The translations under genes were made by a program, and so were the position numbers. DNA of 64,000 nucleotides from Kudoa neothunni (taxonomy: Eukaryota > Animalia > Cnidaria): positions 15,428,929 to 15,492,928 of the forward strand of contig OZ199838.1 of NCBI GenBank assembly GCA_964304625.1, read 5' to 3'. The first letter of the stretch is position 1. Each line of letters opens with the position of its first letter. Under the pieces are notes generated by a model. It was not told the DNA's origin. It searched no databases and was given only the letters and a program-made list of their open reading frames with translations. Shown one piece after another: positions 26,974 through 39,076 of this stretch.

Positions 26974-27351
26974 ATCTAGCCGAAGGCTCCCGATTAGTTC
27001 TTTAAAACAAGATTTGGAGAATAATAACGAGCGCTGATAGTTGATACTATGGTGAGTTTGTTTTATTGTTCATAAAATTTGGAAAATTATAATATTATAT
27101 ATATAAAGTGAAGTTGTTCTAATTCAATGTTTCTCAACCGTTGGTAAATTTTAAATGACAAGGGGTTTGTGACATATATAAGGAATTATATCATTTGTGT
27201 CTATTAAACTCAATAAGAAGTCGGCAGAAATGCTTCAAATGTTTTTAGGAATAAATATTTAACAACTTTTTATAAAACTATAATCGGTCTCTTTCTTATA
27301 TGACTTATTTTTTTTGTGATGTAGCCTAATAATAATAATAATAATAATGCT

Positions 27352-27739
27352 CGAAGTGGCTATTTGCATGGTAAATAATATTTAGGTGGTACTAGTTTTG
27401 ACAATTATTAATGTTTGGCCCCTAAGAACAAAGGATTTGAATATAGCAAAATATAAAAAATTAAATCTGTGACAAGCTTGTGCCTTGTGAGTAGAGTTTA
27501 TGGGATTAAAAATTGTCATTACGGAGGCGTACATGCCTTTTAGGACAGAGATTCCCAACTGGGGGGTGTCCGCACCTTAGGGGGTGCGAATTTTGGTTCC
27601 AGGTGGTGCGAGATCCGATAAAAACTGAAAATAAATTTTAAGCCAGTTACACCTTATCTTATGCAAAGGGGTACGAGTCCAATTTTAGTTTGGAAGCGCA
27701 GTTTTAGGATCAGAATGTGCCGTGCAAAAAGCCTCTGCC
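27352..27739 (+). repeat. 236-bp TIR family, copy C, interrupted by a hAT MITE
   Basis: Ends CGAAGTGGCTATTTGCATGG and CCGTGCAAAAAGCCTCTGCC are mutually inverted. The body is collinear with copy A once 27546-27709 is removed. Confidence 0.75.
27546..27701. mobile_element. hAT/Buster-type MITE, 156 bp
   Basis: Perfect 8-bp TSD TTTTAGGA (27538-27545 and 27702-27709), which fits the Buster NNNTANNN pattern. Imperfect TIRs CAGAGATTCCCAACT / AGTTTGGAAGCGCAG. Confidence 0.8.
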
Positions 27740-27979
27740 ATAGCTAAACCAGTTTAAAACCTTAAATGAAATATGAATTTGGCTTCCAAATTAAGTGGTA
27801 AATTTGAAAGTACCATTATCATTGATAACCCCAGCTCTTCTATACACTGGGGCAAAAGTAAAAAGTTTAGATTCACAAGTTAACATTTCCGTATTGAGTG
27901 TTGGCATAAGATAACATTGAACCTAATGGAGGTTCTTTACTTAAAATTTACAAAATTACTATTCATCTTGTTATATTAA

Positions 27980-28215
27980 TGCACCAGCTATTGACACGGG
28001 AATTTTTAATCCAAAATGGCAATGACGCAAGCGCAGTATTCATTTTTAATTCCGACAACTCCTATTTGTAGTTGATCTATAAATTTGATTTTTTAGAATC
28101 TGCTGTGTTTGATTATTTAGTGTCCATCGCGCCCGCTCCTAGGGTCCAAAAATAATTATATACAGTCAAAACTATATCTACCCGGATATTATGATCCGTG
28201 TCAACAGTCACTTCC
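27980..28215 (-). repeat. 236-bp TIR family, copy D
   Basis: TIRs GCTATTGACACGG / CCGTGTCAACAGTCACTTCC. Same length as copy E. Confidence 0.85.
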
Positions 28216-29072
28216 ATATTTTAATTCAATTAAATATTTTTGTGATCATAAAATAATTATATCCCTACTGCGTGATTTTCAGGCTTGAAAGAGTTAACTG
28301 AAACAATTAGGAATAACAAAGTTTCACGCACGAATGTGTAGTATACTAAGAAAAACGTAGAATATTTCAGTCAAGCGAGAGGACGATCAGCGCAATTTTA
28401 AGTTATAACGTTAATTATTTATAGAGCAAATACTAACAGTTTAAACTTATCCCAATATGAAAATGTAAATTCAAAATTCATACGAAGAAATAGAATTTAA
28501 CGTTTGTTTGAGATTGGTAGGGCTTACCTATGAATAACGAACTAGTTGCATCAAAAATTTCGCAGTCTAGGTTTCTATTTTTACAATAGTTTAAATAAAT
28601 TAATATATTAAAACTATTTAAAAATTAAAAGATATGATAAATATTTAATTATACCCTCATGCGCCTCCGCCGTGATCGAATCAACTTTAACGTTACACAA
28701 ACAGATAATTATGTTACAGATACACTCGAATGAAGTTGTCGTCATCATAAATTTTTCCAATTATACATAATCTAATATTATTTGTTAATATAAGAAATTA
28801 TTAATAAAATAAATATGAAATATTCTATTTTTCCCAACCAAAAAAATCCACACACCAATTCCCTAAGAAACGAAATGTTAAACTGTGCTAAGACAACGAA
28901 GGATGTTACTACTTTTTAAGACTTTTATTCCCACAAAATAACTATAATCAATATGTAAGTTTGTTAATGAATATCTATCTATCCTACTTAACCTATAAAT
29001 CCTTAACGATTGTAGAAGATTAAAGAGCGGGAAACTTCGCTACGCGTATTTCTTGAGTTTTGTTGAGGAGTG

Positions 29073-30338
29073 ATGTTGCAAGAATCCCAAATAGTAGAAG
29101 AAGAGAGCTATGGTCCTATACCTATTAGAAAGTTGGAGGTAATAAATATTCACTCTACCGATATCGTTAGGCGGACCTATGCATGCAAGGTTTATAGTGA
29201 TGAACCTCATATCTAGGCGCATGGTATCACTGGAGTGGATATTAAAAAATTGGAAGAGTCCGGGTATCACACAGTTGAATCGGTCGCATACGCTTCAAAG
29301 AAGATGCTACTAACCATCAAAGGTATAAGCGAGACCAAGGCGGATAAGATCATAGCTGAAGCTATCAAAATCGTTCCAATGGGTTTTACAACAGCCACCG
29401 AATTCTACTTGAAACGCTCTGAGATAATTCATCTTACTACCGGCTCAAAAGAGTTGGATAAATTACTTAATGGTGGCATTGAAACCGGCTCAATCACTGA
29501 GATGTTTGGCGAATTTAGAACAGGAAAGTCACAGTTATGTCACCAGCTTTGTGTCACTTGTCAAGTGGTTGTTTGTTGGTGTTCTTTATAATATCGTTAT
29601 AGTTACCTATTGAATCTGGTGGCGGTGAAGGTAAAGCTCTGTACATTGATACAGAAGGTACCTTTCGTCCGGAAAGATTAGTTCCTATTGCTGAAAGGTA
29701 ACCAACTCTATGTGTGTATGCATATCGCATATTTGTTGATTCCAATTAACATTTAGGTATAATTTGAACCCACAAGAGGTGCTTAATAATGTGGCCTGCG
29801 CTCGTGCCTACAACACCGACCACCAAACACAACTTCTGGTTCAAGCAACGGCTTTATTTGCTGAATCTAGATTTGCTCTTATGGTCATCGATAGTGCTAC
29901 TGCTCTTTTCCGTACCGACTACAGTGGACGCGGAGAGTTGGCTTCAAGGCAAATGCATCTAGCTAAATTTTTACGTATGGTTATGCGTATAGCGGATGAG
30001 GTAGAGTACAATTGACTGTGATAAGTTGATTTTTTCTAACACTATTCAAGTATGGTGTTGCTGTGGTAATTTCGAACCAAGTGGTTGCTCAGGTTGATGG
30101 ATCTGCAATGTTTCAAGCCGATTCGAAGAAACCTATCGGCGGTCATATTATGGCGCACACATCCACAACAAGGTACCTGATTGGCACAAGTCACCACAAT
30201 AATTTTCTCATTAGGTTGTATCTACGAAAGGGTCGTGGAGAAAACAGAATATGCAAAATCTACGATTCACCTTGCCTACCGGAATCCGAGGCCACTTTTG
30301 CTATATCTACAGAAGGAATCATCGATTCCAGCGATTAG
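29073..30338 (+). CDS. RAD51: DNA repair recombinase RAD51. Exons 29073-29138, 29217-29564, 29603-29697, 29757-30000, 30051-30172, 30215-30338
   Basis: Motifs [28 protein letters not shown] (Walker A), [64 protein letters not shown]. All introns are GT-AG. Confidence 0.97.
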
Positions 30339-31178
30339 CTTAGTTCTAATGGTTTTATTGTTGTTAATTATGCGCTTGTTTTATTACTTTTTGTGGTCTC
30401 TATGGAGATACGTATTTTTTGTATTTAATAAATTTTAGGGTTACGCCAAATAATAGCTCAATCAAACCTTAATTGGTAAGTTCGTGGCATGTTTTGTTGC
30501 TGGAGCTCGTGCAATTATTCGTCTAATTTAAGTAAAGACAATTGCTTATAAATTCTACATTATTATTTTTTAATCATGGGAACAAACGGTTTACAAAAGT
30601 CAAGTGTACTAACAAAAGACCTAATTAATTATGTCCACATCGTTGGTTTAAGCACTATAATTAGTTCGTGCATTAATCCTACATTTTTAAATTAAACTAA
30701 TGTGATGTTTGTTGAACATTTAATGGTCGGAATCACAGGATTTCATCAAACAAATTATTTTTTAAATTAAATTTATCCGATTGCTACAATTAATCGGCTA
30801 ATAATGCTAGTATAAATTATGGAAAACCTATTCTTAAAGAGAGATTCAATAATGGGTAATCGCTAACGATGAAATATTATGACGATCGATAAAAAATCAT
30901 ACTTGTCTCACTCAAATTTTAGGCTATATAAAAAGCGTTCTTTACTCGACTCGGTCGTTTAAATGGTATGACCGGTTGAAATAACTGCGAGGGGTTATCA
31001 GTTATTTCAGTAATAGATTGATTATAGCAACTATCATTGATAACAAAAACAGTGATAAATGCAAAAAGTTAAAATAATCAACAGGTTTGATTTTTATCGT
31101 AGTCACTGATTTGGAGGATTATGGCCACTATTCTACATTTTAACCCAAGTAGCTATGTAGCAGCTATGTAGCAGCTTT

Positions 31179-31411
31179 GTAACTATTGGCACGGTAAATA
31201 ATATCCAGGTGTCCTTAGTTCTTATTATATTTAATTATTCATTCCCCTATAAGCAACACGACGGAACACCACTGATTAAATCTATTATAGTATAAAAAAT
31301 TAAATCCACACGAAGTTTGTGAGGAAAAGTTGATGGAATTAAAAATTTCCATCGCGTAAGCATACCAGTGTGTTCTTCCAAGCTTAATATTTACCACAAT
31401 AAATACTCTGG
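31179..31411 (+). repeat. 236-bp TIR family, copy G (diverged)
   Basis: CTATTGGCACGGTAAATAATATCCAGGTG..TAGTT..TATATTTAATTATT...GGAATTAAAAATT. Preceded by a short AGCTATGTAGC tandem. Confidence 0.65.
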
Positions 31412-31690
31412 CATACTTTTATGTAGATTAATCTTTTATTGAATAAGTGAGCTTTTCATATGACCAATTACCAAACTAATAAAAAAATAAAATCTTTATT
31501 GTTTTAGCCTAATTATTTAAAGGTATCAACGTGTTTTCTGAACTGGATACTTCTTTTTTCACGAGTGCTTTTCACATATATTCATACATCATTGTTAAGC
31601 GTCATAGTAACTAATCGATTAATTCGTAACACGTAATTAATACAATTTCTATAGAACAAACAAAAAGGTGTGAACACCTACTCTTCCCAA

Positions 31691-32366
31691 ATGAGATCAT
31701 ATCAAAATGTAAATTTTCTTGTAATGAACTTGTTCGACTATTTTTAGGCGCTGAATGAGTTGATGCGCGAAAACTTTGAGCTCAAACTGACCATTTACGA
31801 TATGAGCATTCAAACCAACAAAGTAGCTGAAATGACTGGCACTGACGAAAATTCAAACAAAGAAACTCAACCATGTGTCGTATGTGAAGCTCTCTATATA
31901 ATAGGAGCATAGATTGAACATATCATTCGACTCAGTCACACAAATTTATACATAAATAACTTTAGGACAACTGTGATATAAGCCCTCCATCATCAGACAA
32001 TCTTATTCCCGTTCATTGTTCTGACAATTATGCGATAAGGGTGAAATTTGACGAAGAGTCAAGTTTAAAAATGCTTTGCATGGAAGGATTGATGTCTTTT
32101 TTGAGAGATCAGCTGCGGGAGTATCGAACAAATATCCTGTTACCACAGAATCAAAGTCGAGGAGATTTAGCCTATGGATCCGTACTGAAATCAAGCATAA
32201 TTGGATTAGGTATATCAGCCATCCGTCGATGGTCGATACGCAATTTAACATTATGATTAATTTAGCGGAAAAATGTCACGAACTAGCATTCGAACTGATG
32301 GAGATAAATATTAAAAGACAATATTTACTAAAAAAGAAGGACCTAATCTACCCTATAGAAGTATAA
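31691..32366 (+). CDS. Small (~164 aa) protein with a centrosomin motif 1 (CM1/gamma-TuNA), CDK5RAP2/myomegalin/Cnn-like. Exons 31691-31708, 31748-31879, 31966-32209, 32266-32366
   Basis: Spliced N-terminus MRSYQNALNELMRENFELKLTIYDM aligns with CDK5RAP2 MKDFENQITELKKENFNLKLRIYFL. Three phase-consistent GT-AG introns. The start may extend upstream (NKQKGVNTYSSQ is in frame). Confidence 0.7.
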
Positions 32367-32444
32367 AAGTTAAAATTGATAGAATATCAGCGTCACCACC
32401 AACAACAATAATAATCATTTATGTTGGATCGTCCAATTTTTTTG

Positions 32445-34518
32445 TTAGTCTTCATAGTAGGAGATAGAATTGGATAGTTGGTTGTTTTGTTGTCGATAGA
32501 AACATAGCATTTTTTTAAAAATCTTAACCACACAATACTTCACCAATGACCCTAGCATGAGAGCACCAATTCCTTTGCAAAAGCCCCCCACAAATCCAAA
32601 ATCATCATAAGTTGTTATAACACACTCAAATATATCTCTAAAAATATCCCGCAATATAGAAAAATAAATTTGGCGTGTTCACATATAAAATTTTACACAC
32701 ATATACTAACTAAGCGACTCACCTAAAATATGTATGGCTTGCAGGGATTACATTCGCGCCTACAATATCTAAACTGAGCATTAGCTAAATCTCAAACACA
32801 TTACCTTGAAAAAAATAAAATACCAATTGTTTGAGATGTGCTTTGAACATTGTCTACAAATAAATCCAAACCTTGCAATAAACATCGTATCCCACTAGTC
32901 ATTATAGGTATCATCAACAGATCAGTAGTTATATTAGTCCATAGATCGATCGATAAATTATCACTGCAATTCCGTGTAAATTCGATTTTTTCGGTGTTAT
33001 CCAAACACACATCATCAACCACAGCCACAGATATCACACTAGTTTTGTTATTTTCCATTTCAATAGTCTGCTAAATGGTGTTCATTTGAAGCCAAACAAT
33101 GCAATACATTCAATCTCTTTCTTCTGTACCAATAGGTACACAATCGACAAACAACACCACCAATTAGAAACCGTCCAAACACCATTAGGGTATATGCGAC
33201 GTAACGATTGTATAGATTCAATGGTCTAATAAAATATAGGATTAATGTCAAGACAATTTAAATCACCTTGACGACAAATAACTAAAGACAGAATTTCTAT
33301 AGCGGTTTCTACGTGAAAACAATAGCTTCGAACCTTCCACAATAAAAAACAATGGATTTCTAATTCCTGTTACTGAATCGCTCTAATATTGTTATTATAT
33401 TATGCTCATATATGGGGATCACATGTTAACTTAAACCTACCATAACACAATCAACCAGCATTGTTGTGTAGAATGGAGCTATTAGAAAATTTGCCAAACT
33501 ATTCAATTACATTAGTTACGACCGGTTAATAAAATTAATACCATCTTTCAAGGAATATCAAAGAACGATTTAACCATCTACTTGACCTTTATTGTTAAGG
33601 TTATAATAGAAACAACTTATTAATCAATATTATGAATAGTTACACATATTTGTGTGTTGTGTAACATAATATGGTATCTCCCACGCTCACAATACCATTC
33701 AAAATAATATAACTGGGAAATCCGCGCCATAACAATGATCCACCCTAAATTAATAAAGAAGGATAATTTTAAATATATTTCAATTGTTTAAGAATATTTT
33801 GTATGAATTACACCAATCATATAGGAATTATATAGTGAACTGGTTACTGTCCATGGGAAGTAATAATTGAGATAGGAATTGTTCATTATCTTTGTTGGTT
33901 AGAATTATCAATAGGAATTCTATTAGGATCAATATGTATGTACTTGAGATGTTAGGTAGATATTGTGGATTGGAAAAGTCATTATTTCCTGAGTAAATTG
34001 ACTATTTTTATACATGAAAATTAACGAATATCAATGTATTCCAAATATACCACATTGTATTGGTTAAAACGCCAAACAACTCATCTCCTTCAAGCTGAAG
34101 AGCTATTATAAATTTTATTTATGAATATTTATAAATGGATTTTCACAAATTACCGGAATATTCATCCAATTTGTAACCATACTCCAGAACATCATCCTCA
34201 AATGATTCAGATACAGAAGTTTCGTTGTGTTTTGATATTAGAGATTTAACCTCATACATAGATTAACTAAATAAAAAACTCCTACGGCACTATCTCAGTC
34301 TAAAAATGAAAAAACCGCTCGGACATTAAAATTCCAAGCTTTCGTATGCTCTCGGCTATCCCTATTACTATGAATGCATTCATGTTTTGTTGAAATTTTA
34401 GCAAATTCGTTGTTTCCTGATTGTTAGAAGCATTATAAATATAAGATATTTGTATTACATCATGTTCGATTTGAAATATTCGAATGTTTGGTATATTTGT
34501 GTGGATTGTGTTAATCAT
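32445..34518 (-). CDS. SLC25A46: Mitochondrial outer-membrane carrier-like protein SLC25A46/Ugo1 (multi-exon; 5' end uncertain, ~34270-34560)
   Basis: TDLLMIPIMTSGIRCLLQGLDLFVDNV and RDIFECVITTYDDFGFVGGFCKGIGALML match SLC25A46 [26 protein letters not shown]...RDCI..EEGVFGFYKGFGAVII. YFPWTV resembles HLTPFTV. Confidence 0.75.
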
Positions 34519-34836
34519 TTGTTATACAACGAAAAGTAATCATGTGCTTGTGACTCATTCATACTTGAGAATTTTATGCAAAAAAATCAAATATATCTCT
34601 TAAAATTATGATTATTTAGGTTAGAAATCATATTTGGATAATAACTAGTAGCTTTGTAATGTCAGATTCCATTGAAAGTGGTCTAAAAATTGTGCGCATA
34701 TTTGGTCTAAAATTTAATCCTTTTTTCATTTTCTTGTTAAAGTCGCTTTTAATTATAAATTAGGAGCTTATTATACAATTTTAATTTGCCAGTTTATCCA
34801 TACATATTGGATATTGGATACTGGATACTGGAATGC

Positions 34837-35072
34837 GGCATTGGCTATTGACACGAACGTTTTTAATCCAAAGGGGCAACATCGCTTGCGCCGTGCCATA
34901 TTTTAATCTCTGTAACTCCTATTTATAGTTGGCTTATGAAGTTTATTTTTTAGAATCAGCTGTGTTTAATTATTTTTGATGCCTAGAAGCGGTAACGAAG
35001 GACCAAAAATAATTCAATGCGGTCAAAACTATACCCACCTGGATATTATGATCCGTGTCAATAACCACTTCC
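34837..35072 (-). repeat. 236-bp TIR family, copy E
   Basis: TIRs GGCATTGGCTATTGACACG / CGTGTCAATAACCACTTCC. Collinear with copy D over the full length. Confidence 0.85.
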
Positions 35073-36319
35073 TTTCAATGTCGATAATCCGATTTTCAAT
35101 TATCCATAGTTTTTTATTCATTTCGGAATTTATTCACTTTCTTTGTTGGAGAATGAAATATTATTCATATCTTTCCTAAAACAAATGCGACCATAGATCA
35201 ATAGCTTATGTATGTAGAGACGCAAGGATTGTGGAAGCCATGTTCACTTTTTATTAATGAATGAATATTTTTCGGGGAAATTATTAAATTAAAATCATTA
35301 GGTAATTATAAAACATGTGACATCTGATAAACATCCGTTGGGGAATTTTCTCGGTGGATTTTATCACGATTATGTCAAACTATTAGTTTTGATAGGGCGA
35401 ATAAATATAAAGTGCAAAAATTAAGCTGAAGGAAATAGTTTTGGAATTTTAACAAAACCGTTTACACGTGTAATCCCTTTTTTATTTGCTAAAACTTGCG
35501 AAATTCGTTTTTCTTCACATATTTTAACACCTTAATTATTTGAAATCGTTTACTTTATTTTTTTCATTAAGATATGAACAGGTTTACTACTGTCACATTT
35601 TGTAAGCCAATGAAAGATTCTAAAATGGAGTTATTAAGTTTTAGAGGAACTGATAATTTTTTCGCTCGTTACTCATTATGAGCAGTATTTTAACGCACTT
35701 GTTGCTATATTCTACCTCAGAAAAGCTTCAAATCACTGGAGATATTGCAAAATCCTTAATTGCTCCATTTTAAGAAAGGTGAAAATAAATATTATCAGGC
35801 CAATAACTGAACAGGCTGTGTATGTCCAAAATAATGTTAATTATTTGTTTGCGTATTTATATAAAAAATAATAATTCAAATCAAATTATTTATTTTAAAA
35901 ATGGAACCTTTCTTCAAACTTTGGTATACGTAATCCGATTCAAAATTTAATCTTAAAAAAATGTTTATAATATATTATTGGTGTCTGGATGAGACTATTT
36001 TAGCTACTACTAAATAGGATAAGTTAGGTATGCAAGCAGTTTCAACCTGGTTCAAATAAAGTAGATAATTCTAAAAATAACCCTGGGAAAAAAAATAATC
36101 GGCGTCAATATATACACGGAAACGTATGGAAAACGTCCACAAATAAAGAATTTTTTTAGTCAAATATTAAACCCTGTCTTGAATCTAGTTTTTTATATAA
36201 CATACTTCTTATACTTAATATGAACAGGAAATGTAAGGTTCGACAGTCCCTAGATTTTTAAATTGACTCAGTGTAAACTTTACTATATATAGAAAAGAAT
36301 TCTTGTAGAAGTGAGGTAT

Positions 36320-36560
36320 TCCATTGTAGAGAAGCGGAATTCAGCGACTTTCTGACTCACCATCAAGAGAGAAATTAAGCAAGAGTCAACCAAATCCAAC
36401 GACCAGTAGTAAGCCGCATATAACGGTATGGGTGAGCTTGACTATGAATGTGTTAAGTCAACCACTCAAAAGGGTATTTCAAGAATATTTCTCACATAAA
36501 TCCCATAGAAGATTATTGGGGAGATTAAAAACGGAATTACTTTGCATAGAATGGGAATAT
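36320..36560 (+). mobile_element. Merlin transposase remnant
   Basis: IVEKRNSATF*LTIKREIKQESTKSNDQ**AAYNGMGELDY / VNHSKGYFKNISHINPIEDYWG matches Merlin/IS1595 VxxRxxxTL..SDxWxAY..VNHS..HTNxIExxW. Confidence 0.75.
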
Positions 36561-37727
36561 AATCTCAAATATTGAGGAACCTGTGATTGAAGTATGGTAC
36601 TGACTTGTTTTGGGGAAAGAAATAAATCTACTCAAAAACATCTTAAAAACGATTTATCTTTCTCTTAATTGGATTATTATAAGTCTCTTTTTAAAAATAT
36701 TCATATTTAAGCCTTTTTTCTATGTTCAAAAAATACGCGTCAAAATAAATGAACAAAAATTTATTTCAATGAATATATGAATATACGTGAGAAAATTATA
36801 ATTCATAAGGGGTATTTATTTTTCAAAATCTACACTGTCTGGAATTCATTAATGAAAAACTAACAAATAAATAATTTTTATTTTAAATTCATTAATTCGG
36901 ACAATTATTATACTTTATTTTTTATTTTATATCAATTATGAGTATTTACTAATTTTTTTAACAGGTAATGCACACATTAAAACGCTAACTTTGGAAATTA
37001 AACAATATTAAAATTTTTCATATTCGAAGTTCCACACGAATTCGATCATATAAATGTTATCTGCTTAATAAAAATATATTAAAAAAATTTAAAAACTAAA
37101 CAATGTAATTTTACATAATAAATAAGAATAAATTTTAAATTTATTATTTGTACTATGAATAAATTAAATTGTTCAGTTTTTAAAATATAACATCATTGTA
37201 TAGAGCGTTTAAACTCACTTGTTGGGTAATATAATTATGTTAATAATTAATTAGGTACTTTAAGAAACGAAAATGTTAAAATATGTGAACATTAGAGAGA
37301 ATACTCGCGGGAACGAATTTATTCTAAGTAGGATTTGGTTGAAATATATAAGTTGTTTCTTGATACTAAATTTTTGGACTCTTTATTTATTCGTTTTATT
37401 ATATGCATCATAAAAATTCACTAAAAAGATGCATTAAAAGGTTTTTTCAAGTGTAACAGGCTTTATGAACATCTAACATTACAAACAATTAACACTATAA
37501 TAAGAGAAATTCTGTGGCTGAATGTTCGCTATTACGTAACGATCATAAAAATCGTAATCAATATAAATATTAAAAAATTTAATTCATCTCGGATTTAATT
37601 ACTCCAAATGGTAAAGTTGTGATCGAACAAATATAAAAAATGAGTATAATCTTTATTTTCTTTGTAAATTAATATAATAAGGATTAAAATAATAATATTT
37701 TTAGAAATTAATCATATAACATTTGTT

Positions 37728-38410
37728 GGCTATTCTTTACATAACGGGATTGTAGTCAGAAACTTTCGCCGCACATTCGGGAACTGGAAAACGTTGGGAG
37801 AAATTTTGACTTGGAAAATAACGATTTCATCAATACTATGGGTTATGCATTATTTATGATAGGTACGATTTATGCTATTAACATTTTGAAAAATCTTGGC
37901 CTGATTTCATCAGAGAAAAAAACGAATATGTGGGACGATGAAACTGATTCGATAAAAGGAAATATATTGAATTATTCGTGGAGTAGATGAGTAAGATGAA
38001 TGTTTTTTTCAAAAATCCCAGGAGAAGAGGCAACTCTGTCCATGAAAAAATTGTTCTTAACAATGTGGAAGAGAATTCTATAATCTGGACAGTAAAATAT
38101 AGGGGCTACAATCGTTTGAATAATGTATGATTTTGTCACAAATATTCGTTTATTTTTGGTGCCGCTGTACATACAAATAAAATCGAAATTAGTTAGGGAA
38201 GTTTTAAAGGAAGGTATACCGGATCGTTGCTAATTAAAATGAAGAGTCATTATATGACTTTATATCACATCATTATATGTACCTTAAAAAAATAAAGAAC
38301 TCAAATTTAGTACCTTCATTAAAGAAATAATGAAGAATTATTTAATATAATTTATTGTGCGATTTTACTCTGAATTCTTCGAATACAGTCCCGTTATGTA
38401 AACGATAACC
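37728..38410 (+). mobile_element. Non-autonomous Merlin element (683 bp) with TIRs and TSD
   Basis: TIRs GGCTATTCTTTACATAACGGGATTGTA / TACAGTCCCGTTATGTAAACGATAACC. 8-bp TSD CATTTGTT/CATTTGGT. Internal remnants VEENSIIWTVKYRGYNRL and VHTNKIE. Confidence 0.85.
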
Positions 38411-39076
38411 CATTTGGTTTAATAATATTATGATGTATATTCGTTTTGAAACACTCTCATCAAGCGATATTTTTAAAATCAACTCTAGCAATACAAGCTA
38501 AATTTAATTTATAATTTGTTCATTATAGTCGCAGGAATGCTTTCTATAGATACATCAAATTTCATCAAATAAATTATGAATATTTTATTTATTATATTCG
38601 AACTAAATTATCTAACGACAAAATATTTTTTTAGATTCGACATAAAAATAGTATTTAATTGAATTCCTGTCAAACACTATACTAAAATGCCGATTATATT
38701 CTATGTTAAAAAATTTCATTATTATATTATTTCAATTAAAATATGACCTTTATACGTATTCTGATATTGTTTAAATTAAAAACCCCTGTCGCTTTACTTT
38801 TAATAAAGAAAATAATGAATTATTGATTAAATCAATTCATTTATATTAAATAATAACAAAAGTAACAAAATTAAAAATTTCAGATATCTATTAAAAAGCT
38901 ACGCTACAATTAATGCTTATGCTATTTTGAAGGTTCTTTTTAAAATCGTAATCTTTCCGGGAAAGTTCACTGAGTCACTATAGTGATAAGAATTTTGATT
39001 TGGATACCTGAATCCTAACCACTATTATTATTATTATAATCATTATTATTTTTCGGTTCTTTCAAACGAAAATACA

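Noticed and set aside
27980-35072. CRISPR-like or protein-coding interpretation of the conserved/variable block pattern in the 236-bp repeats
   Set aside because: The copies are dispersed and TIR-bounded, carry stops in the shared frame, and lie in a eukaryotic context with no cas genes.
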